NCBI GenBank assembly: GCA_965197905.1
Contig: CBDAOB010000005.1
Location: 800,524-864,523, forward strand
Direction: 5' to 3'
DNA length: 64,000 bases
DNA from: Candidatus Latescibacterota bacterium
GTDB taxonomy: Bacteria > Latescibacterota > UBA2968 > UBA8231
Shown: positions 46,293 to 55,152 of the stretch, piece by piece
How the letters are laid out: each line of letters opens with the position of its first letter
How positions within the stretch are numbered: the stretch's first letter is position 1
The notes under the pieces: model-generated
Database searches by the model: none
Told to the model about the DNA's origin: nothing
What the model saw: the letters and a program-made list of their open reading frames with translations, nothing else
Translations under genes and position numbers: made by a program

Positions 46293-47180
46293 CTACCTTG
46301 GAACGGGGATCCTCGACCCGAATCCACTGTCGACGAGCTTGAGCCCGGTGGCGTCCTCAGAGGTATCGCAGATTTCCCTGAGGCTGTCTATCCACTGTTG
46401 GCGTTTCGGGTTCTTCTCGGGGTTGCTCAACCACTCCTCGGCGACCCCGTCCTGCCAGGGCATCTCGGGATGCGGTTCGGGATGCAGGTATCTCGGAGCG
46501 ATGTTGCGCATGGTTTCCAGTTCCTGAGGTGTCTCAGGGTAGTTGAAGAAACTCACACAATTCATCTGCCGGTCGTTGCTTCCGCCGTAGGTTGCGTGCA
46601 TGATGCGCAGGTCGAATGCCACGACGTCGGAGGGCTCCATCTCGATCTTGCAGCACGGTATCCGGTCCAGCTGCTCGGTTGCTTTCTCGTGAAAATCGGG
46701 ATTCTTCCGGAACTGCTTGCCCAGCACGGGGTACTGGGCGAGCTGGGTCTGGTATGGGTCTTGATGGGAACCGGGTATGAATCTCAACGCGCCACTATTG
46801 GCATCCACCCGCTGCAAACCGAACTGGAATTTTATCCCTCCTCCGTAGACGTTCATGCAGCCGTCGTTGTAGTGCCACGGAGTATTGCCGACGTACCGAT
46901 AGGCATTGACCTCGAAACAGAGAGCTCTTTCACCGAAGAGCTGCTCGGCCGCCTCGTAGAAGCGCGGGTCTTCCGGGAGGCCTGCGTAGACGGGTGTCTC
47001 AGCGCTCAGCATCCTGAAGAATTGCATTTTCGTACCGTCGAATTTTGTCCACCTCGACGCTTTTTCTGCGGCGTAATCGAACTCTTTCCTGAGAGTATCC
47101 AACTCCTCTGGACGAAAAAATTCCCTGAGTACAACAAATCCAAAGGCTCTAAATTGTCTCTCTTGTTCCGAAGTCAACAT
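46293..47180 (-). CDS. PhyH-like Fe(II)/2OG oxygenase, variant metal motif (WHYND)
   Basis: 295 aa. Contains FGFVVLREFFRPEELDTL, TPWHYNDG, NSGALRFIPGSH and IMHATYGGSNDRQ. Its stop is 15 nt upstream of the start of membrane paralogue C. Confidence 0.75.
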   Translation of the reverse strand: MLTSEQERQFRAFGFVVLREFFRPEELDTLRKEFDYAAEKASRWTKFDGTKMQFFRMLSAETPVYAGLPEDPRFYEAAEQLFGERALCFEVNAYRYVGNTPWHYNDGCMNVYGGGIKFQFGLQRVDANSGALRFIPGSHQDPYQTQLAQYPVLGKQFRKNPDFHEKATEQLDRIPCCKIEMEPSDVVAFDLRIMHATYGGSNDRQMNCVSFFNYPETPQELETMRNIAPRYLHPEPHPEMPWQDGVAEEWLSNPEKNPKRQQWIDSLREICDTSEDATGLKLVDSGFGSRIPVPR

Positions 47181-47208
47181 GATTTACTCCTGTCATCGCT
47201 GTGGCTGT

Positions 47209-47502
47209 CTAGATTTCCATTTTTTTGGGATCACTTAGAGGCAAGCCATGATTTTCGTATTTCTTGGCAATCGTGAAAACGAAACGTAGATTTCCTGGGG
47301 CGAGAACTGCGATTGCCGGTTCATCGCCTTTTTGGATGCGTTTGGAAACTGCAGTTTCTTCTGCGTTAAAACAGCATGGGAAATTCGAATCCTTGACGAG
47401 GTAATCTAATAGAGCTGGACTGTCAATGGGGAAGTGGTTTCCCAGGTGCAGAGTGTTGCGATGGTGGTAAGTGTGGCTCCAGATAGTGGCGACGGTCTTT
47501 TG
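47209..47502 (-). pseudogene. Relic of the 5' third of a sigma-70 (RpoD/SigA-like) gene
   Basis: The minus frame is open for 97 codons between TAA (47503-05) and TAG (47209-11), with no usable start codon. It reads ...DSPALLDYLVKDSNFPCCFNAEETAVSKRIQKGDEPAIAVLAPGNLRFVFTIAKKYENHGLPLSD|PKKMEI*. This matches sigma-70 regions 1.2-2.1 (..YL.eI....LL..EEE..La.RI..GD..A...L...NLRFVvsvAkqY.n.GL.l.DLI..GN). Similarity ends abruptly at 47230. Not in the ORF track. Confidence 0.7.
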
Positions 47503-47543
47503 TTAGCTTCCCTCGCTTTTGCCCTCTACAATGCGTCTTACCA

Positions 47544-48488
47544 ATGGACCAAGAAATGCCCGTGAGAATAGATATTGCTGTCATCGGATTCCTGACCCTG
47601 TTCGTCTGTTTTCAGGCAGGCGCATCTGCCCAAACCGAGGCCCCTCAGGATTCGCTTATCCTCCTGGAACAATCGGAAACGCCCTACAACAGCATGTTCG
47701 TATATCGCAGGGGCGACCTGATCGTGATGCGCTTTAAACGCCTTGGATTAGATTTCAACGAGTCCGCAATCTATCCGAAGAATCCCCTCGAGCTCGCATT
47801 TTCCCACTACAAGCTAATGCCCGTGGGGCTGCTATACGTCGATAATCCGGTGAAACTGTTGATGATCGGACTGGGTGGCGGAACGACATCCAGATACATC
47901 CACCATCATATGCCCGAGCTCAAGATCGCGGCAGTGGAGCTGGATCCTGGAGTTATCGCCGCTGCTGCCAAGTATTTTGGCACCGTAGAGGACTCTACCT
48001 ACTCTATCACCGCGAACGACGGTCGCATCTTCCTGATTCGCAATTCTGCCCAATATGACATTATCGTCGTAGACGCCTTTCGCGGAGGGTACATCCCTTT
48101 TCACCTCACCACCCAGGAGTTTTATAAGCTTCTGAAATCCCGCTTGAAGGCCGGAGGATGCATAGTAGCCAACGTCAACGGCGGCAGCCGCCTGTTCGAT
48201 AGTACACTGCTAACGCTCGGCAGCGTGTTCGATGTGGTGGACACCTTCTCGAGTGAAGGCGACAATGTCATCACCGTGTCATACATGGGCCCTCGAAAGG
48301 CTGAGGAAGAACTTGCGGTGCGGGCAGCATCGCTGCAGAAACGATTCGAATTTCACCATGATATCGGGGAAATCGTAAAACACAAGTTCTCAGTAAATCC
48401 CGATCCGAACGCGATTCTGCTTACGGATGACTTTTCGCCTGTCAACTACCTGAACGCCATTGGCCGACACAACGAACCGCTGTGGTGA
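47544..48488 (+). CDS. Spermidine-synthase-like methyltransferase-fold protein with N-terminal signal/anchor
   Basis: 314 aa. N-terminus IDIAVIGFLTLFVCFQAGASAQ. Contains LLMIGLGGGTTSRYI...KIAAVELDPGVI...YDIIVVDAFRG. Confidence 0.75.
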   Translation: MDQEMPVRIDIAVIGFLTLFVCFQAGASAQTEAPQDSLILLEQSETPYNSMFVYRRGDLIVMRFKRLGLDFNESAIYPKNPLELAFSHYKLMPVGLLYVDNPVKLLMIGLGGGTTSRYIHHHMPELKIAAVELDPGVIAAAAKYFGTVEDSTYSITANDGRIFLIRNSAQYDIIVVDAFRGGYIPFHLTTQEFYKLLKSRLKAGGCIVANVNGGSRLFDSTLLTLGSVFDVVDTFSSEGDNVITVSYMGPRKAEEELAVRAASLQKRFEFHHDIGEIVKHKFSVNPDPNAILLTDDFSPVNYLNAIGRHNEPLW

Positions 48489-48614
48489 CCGGAATACCTG
48501 TGCCCGAACGCCTAGTTCTGTAGCTGCCACCAAACGGCCGCGCGGGTTCATTGGCTTGCGCCTCTTTCGGGTTCGAGGCGCCCAAGGCAAGTGACCGGCA
48601 CTGATGGTCGCAAT

Positions 48615-49010
48615 CTATCCGACACCCCTCGGTCCGGCCGCGGTGTGCCCTGCGGTGGGGAACCAGATCAGGTCGACCAAGACGGAAGAGGCAACCCCGA
48701 CTATGTAACCGACCCCCATGCCGTAGAAAAACGGCTTGCCTGCCACGTAGGCGGCGACCCCGCCATAGCGTAGGAGGGTGGCTTTGACGCCCCAGACCAC
48801 CGCCAGATTAATCCAGTAGAGATCCAGCCAGAATGATTCCTGAAAAGCGAGACCGACCGGGTGCAAGGAGAACCAGTGGTAGCGACTGCGCAGGTAGGTC
48901 ATGCCCGCCGCTTGTAGCCATCCGAAGAGAAATACCCCGATCTTCTGCCAGTCCATAACTGTGCGGTTCTGGAGCATGTAGACCAAGGGGTCGAAGAAAC
49001 GGGCGGTCAT
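48615..49010 (-). CDS. C-terminal piece of membrane-protein paralogue D (split gene)
   Basis: 131 aa. MTARFFDPL...WFSLHPVGLAF...LLRYGGVAAYVAGKPFFYGMGVGYIVG aligns to the last roughly 130 aa of paralogues B and C (TAARFVE...WWPFHPVGFAI...LNYGGPALYERTKPFFMGIILGQFV). Its ATG overlaps the stop of 49007-50758 (ATGA). Confidence 0.75.
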   Translation of the reverse strand: MTARFFDPLVYMLQNRTVMDWQKIGVFLFGWLQAAGMTYLRSRYHWFSLHPVGLAFQESFWLDLYWINLAVVWGVKATLLRYGGVAAYVAGKPFFYGMGVGYIVGVASSVLVDLIWFPTAGHTAAGPRGVG

Positions 49011-50758
49011 CCACCACTCGAAGCTGATACCGGTGCCTCCCCCCGGTAGGTAGTATCGACGCGGGCGGCAACGGTGACGACAAAGACGAGGGCGAAAACT
49101 CCAAGGGTTACAAGGGTAACCGCTAGTGGCTGATGTCGCAGTGAAAAAAAACGCAAGCAGTGGGTGAGAGCGGGCCAGGCGGGGATCAGATTACCGCCGA
49201 AGAAGCCGGGGCTGGTGAACAGGTGGAATCCGGCCAACCCGCGCGCCGTGATGGGGGCCGTGCCCAACAGGTCGACCACAAAAGGGGCGCCCTTGACGAA
49301 TGGACGGTACGGAGCGAGGTAGGCGAACCCGCAGGCGGCGACGAGTTTGGTCGTAACAAAAAAGGTCAGGGACATCAGCAGGAAAGATCCCAGTGCTAAT
49401 GCCAGACTCATGCCTAAACTCATTGCCCAGACGACCACGTAGACCGCGGAAAGCACAAGCCCCACCCAGGCGAACCGATAGCGTCGGCGGAGATGGGCAT
49501 CGTCCCGTACTCGAAAAGCCATGCGCCAGGTCTCTCGCAGGTGACCTCGCGCGATCCATATCGCCCACACGGCGATGAACATCAAAGCTCCATAGTTTTC
49601 CATGAAGAGCAGCCGTTCGCCGCCGATCTGCTGGCCTTCCGCGCCGAACGAGATCCCGGTGCGAGTCAGCATACCTGCCTTGAAGAGACTCATGATACGG
49701 AAAAGGATCAGGCTGCCGAGAGTGTCCATCGGGCAGAGATAGGTCACCGCCATCACCAGCGGCATGTAGCGAATGTTGATCCGGTAGATCCAATCGCTCA
49801 CCTCGAAGCGAAAGATCTCGGTATTGAAAGGGAGAATCATGGCCATGGTGAAATAGGTGGAGATGTTGTAGAGGATCGGCACAAAAACCAATCCGAAACC
49901 GATCCAGAACAGTTTCGTTCGGAACAGGTCGGGTAGGCGGCGGCGACCATCCATGCCGCGCAGCAGGTCTAATGGCAGCTGGGCCAGCGGGAAGGCGAGT
50001 TTCTCACGGTCCTCCCATTGGGTCTGGAAGAGAACGAACAGGCAGTACCCGAAGGCCACCATCGCCAGGGAAACACCCAGCCATTGCAAGGTTATCTCGA
50101 TCCATCCCTCCCAGGGCACCAGGGCGCCGTCCGGAAGTCCGAGCCAAAAGCTGTCCAACACACGTGCACTCGTAGGAGCGAGCACATGCCACGGCAGGTA
50201 GTCGAAGAAATGCTCGGCGTACATGTTCTCGGGAGAGGCGAAATGGGTGGGTGAGGCGACCATCAACGACCATCGGCCCAACCAGTGGGGGAGGGTGCCG
50301 ACAATCCAGAGCATGGAAAGGATGGTCAGCAGCTCTCCGGTCTTGAGGGTTTGGGAGGGCCAGATCCGCGAGAAGCCCACGTTCAGGAAGATCCAGAGGA
50401 CGAACGGCATTAGGGCGAGCAGCGGCAGCTGCGAGTGGACGAAGTGTCCCACCCCCGAGCGCTCCGAGACGTAGATGACATAGAGGATCACGCCCACCGT
50501 GGTGGCCAAGCCCAGGACCACGCCTCTCAAGGTGATCGATGGAGTTGCCGAGACGGTGTTGTGATCAGGGTCGGAAATGGGCAAACCGTTCGTCCGGGGA
50601 GGGCAGGTCGGATGGATCGGCAAGTCTATTACATGTTCGGCTGGATTACAAGCAAGGTGTGGCCAGGCGGCAAAATCCGGCTGTTGCCGCTCGTGTTGGC
50701 TGTCGACTGCCTCTGTCCGCTGGATACCTCGCCAGCCTGATCCGTACGGCTTGACCAC
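49007..50758 (-). CDS. N-terminal piece of membrane-protein paralogue D (divergent copy)
   Basis: 583-aa ORF. HFASPENMYAEHFFDYLPWHVL and WEDREKLAFPLAQLPLDLL match the family motifs. It ends where the paralogues continue. The true start is uncertain, since no internal ATG lies near the first TM span. Confidence 0.75.
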   Translation of the reverse strand: MVKPYGSGWRGIQRTEAVDSQHERQQPDFAAWPHLACNPAEHVIDLPIHPTCPPRTNGLPISDPDHNTVSATPSITLRGVVLGLATTVGVILYVIYVSERSGVGHFVHSQLPLLALMPFVLWIFLNVGFSRIWPSQTLKTGELLTILSMLWIVGTLPHWLGRWSLMVASPTHFASPENMYAEHFFDYLPWHVLAPTSARVLDSFWLGLPDGALVPWEGWIEITLQWLGVSLAMVAFGYCLFVLFQTQWEDREKLAFPLAQLPLDLLRGMDGRRRLPDLFRTKLFWIGFGLVFVPILYNISTYFTMAMILPFNTEIFRFEVSDWIYRINIRYMPLVMAVTYLCPMDTLGSLILFRIMSLFKAGMLTRTGISFGAEGQQIGGERLLFMENYGALMFIAVWAIWIARGHLRETWRMAFRVRDDAHLRRRYRFAWVGLVLSAVYVVVWAMSLGMSLALALGSFLLMSLTFFVTTKLVAACGFAYLAPYRPFVKGAPFVVDLLGTAPITARGLAGFHLFTSPGFFGGNLIPAWPALTHCLRFFSLRHQPLAVTLVTLGVFALVFVVTVAARVDTTYRGEAPVSASSGG

Positions 50759-50816
50759 GCAACTTTCGCTGCACTTAGTATTGACATCCCTTCAACCCAA
50801 AACAGAACGGAGTCTC

Positions 50817-51767
50817 GTGAGCTCTCACAAATTCAAATTGGGCATGTTCCTGACCGAACCGCAGCTGCCGTTCGAAGAAACCCTGGATCTGGCAGCGGAG
50901 CTGGGCATCAAATACCAGTGGTACATGTGCAACGGCGAAGTAAGCGGTAGGCGCGAAGACAAGGCTCTGGTGGATATGAGCGAAGCCGAGCTCGACGCGA
51001 TGCAGGCGAAACTCAAGTCCCGCGGCCAGGAGTTTTTTCTGCTGCTCAACCGACCCCATTTCAAGGGCATCCACCTGACCGATTTCGACCTCGACAACAT
51101 GGAAGAGCACCCCACCTTCAAGCGCGACTTCACCGAGCTCGTGCGCACGATGGAGGTCGCTACCTACCTCGGCGCCCCTGCCGTCAACGTATTCTCCTTT
51201 CTATGGCCTGGAGAGCTGGCCGGGAAACAAACCTGGCCGATGCGCTGGATGACCCGCGGCGGCATCATCTCCGATCTGGATATGGACAAGCTGGTCAAGG
51301 CGTTCTCACTGATCATGGAACAGGGTGAACGCCACAACGTCGATGTGGCCGTATCGATGATGCCCTGGAACTATACCAACACCACCGGCAACTTCCGACG
51401 TGTCGCCGAGCGGGTCGGCTCCCCGCGCATGAAAGTGATGTGGGGACCGGCCGACAACACCAACTGCGGAGAAACCGATGCGGCTACGGCGGGATTCCAC
51501 AATCTGCGCCCCTATATCTACGGCCTGCACATCAAGGATCTGCGCGTCAATGACGGTCTGAGCCTGGATTTCGAGTACTGCCCGTTTGGGGAGGGGGACA
51601 CCGATTACCCAACCGTGTTTCGCAACCTGCGCGACCACGACTGCGATGTCTTCGTCTCTTTAGCAACCCACTTCCAACCGCCCGGAGGCACCAACGTCGA
51701 CGCCATGCGCATCAACGCAGCCAACATCAAGAAGCTGCTCAATCAGATCGAAACAGAAACGGCGTGA
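50817..51767 (+). CDS. Xylose-isomerase-like TIM-barrel protein (sugar phosphate isomerase/epimerase family)
   Basis: GTG 50817 lies 4 nt after GGAG (50809-12) and gives VSSHKFKLGMFLTEP... The ORF-track start at 50577 would overlap the divergent membrane gene. This is an AP-endonuclease-2-type TIM pattern (LGAPAVNVFSF, GLHIKD). Confidence 0.7.
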   Translation: MSSHKFKLGMFLTEPQLPFEETLDLAAELGIKYQWYMCNGEVSGRREDKALVDMSEAELDAMQAKLKSRGQEFFLLLNRPHFKGIHLTDFDLDNMEEHPTFKRDFTELVRTMEVATYLGAPAVNVFSFLWPGELAGKQTWPMRWMTRGGIISDLDMDKLVKAFSLIMEQGERHNVDVAVSMMPWNYTNTTGNFRRVAERVGSPRMKVMWGPADNTNCGETDAATAGFHNLRPYIYGLHIKDLRVNDGLSLDFEYCPFGEGDTDYPTVFRNLRDHDCDVFVSLATHFQPPGGTNVDAMRINAANIKKLLNQIETETA

Positions 51768-51786
51768 CGGAGGTAGGAGCGCGCTG

Positions 51787-53424
51787 ATGGCTGCAGCCAA
51801 CGGCAATAGGTTGCGTCACATCTTCGTCGAGGATGCAGCACAGTGGTTCCACCATCTTTTCATATCCAAAGATGGACCGGAGAATATCCGCGTCGAAGAA
51901 GCGAGAAGGCGGGTGCTGGACACCTTCGTCGAGCCTTTGCTGGCGACCGCGGTGGAAGGCGTCACCTACCGAATCTGCCAAGGCAACCATTTCCTATTCT
52001 ACGATTCCAAGGTGGCGCCGTGCCTCGGCGACACCGTCGAGCTGTTGGATCGGTATCCTTTCGCTCACCGCAGCAAGCAAATCTACTCCGCCGAAGGTCC
52101 TCGAGGTCTGTGGAACACGGCGGAGAATTTCCGCCGCTTTCGCGAAGCCGGATGGGACCCTCACAAGGCTATCATCGAGCGTCTCCACGAGGCCGGCAAG
52201 AAGGCGTATATAAAGACTCGCATCAACGACACCCACGTAAGCGCCCGCCGGCTGTGGTTCGATTACACCGGCTCCCGCGCCCGGGGCACGGACGAATTCC
52301 TCTCACACCCGGAGTTGATGCTGGGTTACCTCGATCAGCGCGACGTTTCGGGCGGTTTCTGCCTGGCCAGCGATTTTTGCCTTGAGGAGGTGCGCACCCG
52401 CCGTCTCGCCGAGATCGAGGAGATCTGTGAGCGCTATGATCTGGACGGCCTCGAGATCAACTTTTGCCGCAGCTATCACCTTTTCAAGCAAAACGAGATA
52501 GACAAGGGCCGAGAGCTGCTGACCGATTTCTTTCGGCAGATGCGTCGCATTCTCGATCGGCTGGGCGCGGAACGCGGTAGACGGCTTCAAGCCATCGTCC
52601 GCTTCCACGTATGCTGTGGCACCGAGCGCCATTATCAGGACATGGAGTATGAAGAAGGGGCGGACATCGTCCGCTGGATGCGCGAAGAGCTGGTGGACAT
52701 TGTTGTTCCCACCGTGCCGGTAGCTGCCGCCGAAGGCGCGCGCTACGTGGCGAAATATGTAGAGGCAGCGCAGGGTTTGCCCTGCTCCGTCTTCGCCGGG
52801 ACCCGCAATCCGAATCACGACGACCTCGCCTTGCGTCCGGTTACCAAAGAGATCCTGCGGGCGCAAATATGTGCGTACGAGCGTGCCGGCGTTGACGGGG
52901 TCTACCACTGGTGGCCTCGCATAGATCCGGATCACGCCAATTGGGAGCTACTTAAGGATGTCGGTGATCCCCCCAGGCTGGCGGCGGCAGACAAACATTA
53001 TGTGGCTTCCGAGCATCTGCCGCTGGCGCTGGCAGGTACCGGCAACACTGTGCCGTTGTTGGTGGCTGACGATCTTCAGGATGCGGCGGCCAAGGGGATA
53101 CTGGGCGAGGCGCGCCTGCGCCTCCGCTTTCTGCATCTGAGACCCGGAGATGAGCTCGATTGGAGGGTCAATGGCGAGCTCGTTCCGGCGAAGGCCTTCA
53201 GAGCACCAGAATATCCATCAGAGCCGTATGTCTCGGGTCGGGTTGATGCGATCCTTGCCGGGCCGACGCTTCCCAAGCTGGGCGAGAACATGCTGACGAT
53301 CTCGGTGACGAAAAGAGATGTCGGCGCGGCCGACATGCCCGACGATCGTCGACGCCTCGGCGAGTTGATCCTGAGAAATGTCGAGCTGACCGTGCGCTAC
53401 ACCAACCCGGGGCAACGCAATTGA
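51787..53424 (+). CDS. Glycoside-hydrolase-like TIM-barrel protein, tandem paralogue 1 (function unknown)
   Basis: 545 aa. Contains NFRRFREAGWDPHKAIIERLHEAGKKAYIKTRINDTH and YDLDGLEINFCRS. It is colinear with 53421-55148. Confidence 0.5.
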   Translation: MAAANGNRLRHIFVEDAAQWFHHLFISKDGPENIRVEEARRRVLDTFVEPLLATAVEGVTYRICQGNHFLFYDSKVAPCLGDTVELLDRYPFAHRSKQIYSAEGPRGLWNTAENFRRFREAGWDPHKAIIERLHEAGKKAYIKTRINDTHVSARRLWFDYTGSRARGTDEFLSHPELMLGYLDQRDVSGGFCLASDFCLEEVRTRRLAEIEEICERYDLDGLEINFCRSYHLFKQNEIDKGRELLTDFFRQMRRILDRLGAERGRRLQAIVRFHVCCGTERHYQDMEYEEGADIVRWMREELVDIVVPTVPVAAAEGARYVAKYVEAAQGLPCSVFAGTRNPNHDDLALRPVTKEILRAQICAYERAGVDGVYHWWPRIDPDHANWELLKDVGDPPRLAAADKHYVASEHLPLALAGTGNTVPLLVADDLQDAAAKGILGEARLRLRFLHLRPGDELDWRVNGELVPAKAFRAPEYPSEPYVSGRVDAILAGPTLPKLGENMLTISVTKRDVGAADMPDDRRRLGELILRNVELTVRYTNPGQRN

Positions 53425-55148
53425 TCGTGGACGGAACAGACTATCGCATATTTGTTGCCGACAGCGGGGAGCAATGGCACGGACCGGCCTATCTGACCAC
53501 CGACTGTCCGGCGGAAATGCGGGTCGAAAGGGCGCGCGAGCGGATCTTGAACGACTTCGTGTATCCCTTTGTCAACTCGGGTACGGATGCCTTGATATTC
53601 CGCGTCGATGCGGGCAATCAGTTTCTGTGTTACGACACCCGGGTGGGTGAGCCGGTTACGGTGATTCAAAGCCGCCTGGAGAACGATTACGGGCTGATAC
53701 CTCGCAACGCGGGCGGTCCCGAGTACGTCTCCTTCCCGCACGCGCTGGGCTGGTGGCGGCTGGCTGAAAATTTCAGACTTTTCCAGCAGCACGGATTCGA
53801 TCCTTGGAAGACGATCATTGAGGCAGCCCATCGCCATGGCATCGAAGTGTTTCTGGAGCTGCAGATCAATCGGGCGGATGCGGCGATCCACTACCTCGAT
53901 GGCTCGCACGTTCCAATCAGTCGTTTCGCCCTCGAGAACAGCGAGTATCTGCTCGGTTACGATTGCCATCGCACCGATCTCAGCGGGACGGAGTCAGAGG
54001 CGTACCGAGCGATGTACCAGAGTCCCGCCCCCGATGGCGATACTCACTCCAAGCCCGAAACCGCCTTCTGCCCACGTCTGGATTTCGGGCGCGGGGAGGT
54101 CCGTGAGTTGCGTCTGGAGACCATAGAGGAGGTCTGCCGGCGTTACGAAATCGATGGCCTCGAGCTCAACTTCTGCTTCGATCCCCATTTCTTCAGGAAG
54201 GACCAGGTTGGCGGCGCCCAGATCATGTCGGAGTTCATGTCGGCAACGAAAGCCGTCATGGACAGAATTGGTACCGAGCGCGGTCGGTCCATTCGGCTAC
54301 TGGCCCGGTTCTTCGCCCACAAGGGTCTCGAGTTCTTACGCCGGCAAGTTGGCCTCGATGTCTCCTCCTGGATCGCCGAAAAATCGGTGGATATTCTGGC
54401 GCCGGTTGGATCCACTACCGCGACGGAGCACGTCAGTGGCGTGGCTGATTGTGTGACTGCGGCGCGCGGCACGGACTGTCAAGTATTGGGCTGTCTCAGC
54501 GAAATCATGAGCGACCAGTTTACCCAGATACGTCCGAGCGCAGAGATGCTGCAGGCCGCCAATTCCCTGTATCGCAACGCTGGCGTCGACGGTCTGCACG
54601 TGTGGTGGCCCCGTCACCAGAGCGTTTCGAGCGACTTCCAGCAGCCCGAAGACTACAGTCTGCTGCGAGACCTCAAGTCCAGGTCCACCTGTGCGACGTT
54701 CGACAAACATTATTTGTTGTTCGACCAGCTGCCGCACCGGTTGGATGAAGGAAGCCAGTACGCCGTCAAGTTGGAGGTGGGGGACGATCTGGAGGCGGCC
54801 TATGCGCGCGGAGCTATTGAGAAGATGATTCTCGTTATCGGCCTCAGACACTTCACCGCAGACGATGACGTAGTCTTCAGTTGCAACGGCAAGACCATCC
54901 CTCCGAAAGATTTCATCGAACCGGATTTCCCCCTGATCTGGTACTGCGTCGGTCGTCTTGAGATATCGCTGCAGGAAGACAACCTGAAACAGGGAACGAA
55001 CGAAATCGGCTTGCGAGTGAACCGCCACGTGCCCGACGCCGAAGGCATGACCCTCGATGCTGACGATCCGCGGCGTCCAGACCAGCTGATTTTTACGAAC
55101 CTGGAGCTGATCATCAAAAACCGGGAAGTGAACGCTCCAGGAGGGTGA
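53421..55148 (+). CDS. Glycoside-hydrolase-like TIM-barrel protein, tandem paralogue 2
   Basis: 575 aa. Its TTG start overlaps the upstream stop (TTGA). Contains NFRLFQQHGFDPWKTIIEAAHRHGIEVFLELQINR and YEIDGLELNFCFD. Confidence 0.5.
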   Translation: MIVDGTDYRIFVADSGEQWHGPAYLTTDCPAEMRVERARERILNDFVYPFVNSGTDALIFRVDAGNQFLCYDTRVGEPVTVIQSRLENDYGLIPRNAGGPEYVSFPHALGWWRLAENFRLFQQHGFDPWKTIIEAAHRHGIEVFLELQINRADAAIHYLDGSHVPISRFALENSEYLLGYDCHRTDLSGTESEAYRAMYQSPAPDGDTHSKPETAFCPRLDFGRGEVRELRLETIEEVCRRYEIDGLELNFCFDPHFFRKDQVGGAQIMSEFMSATKAVMDRIGTERGRSIRLLARFFAHKGLEFLRRQVGLDVSSWIAEKSVDILAPVGSTTATEHVSGVADCVTAARGTDCQVLGCLSEIMSDQFTQIRPSAEMLQAANSLYRNAGVDGLHVWWPRHQSVSSDFQQPEDYSLLRDLKSRSTCATFDKHYLLFDQLPHRLDEGSQYAVKLEVGDDLEAAYARGAIEKMILVIGLRHFTADDDVVFSCNGKTIPPKDFIEPDFPLIWYCVGRLEISLQEDNLKQGTNEIGLRVNRHVPDAEGMTLDADDPRRPDQLIFTNLELIIKNREVNAPGG

Positions 55149-55152
55149 GGCG

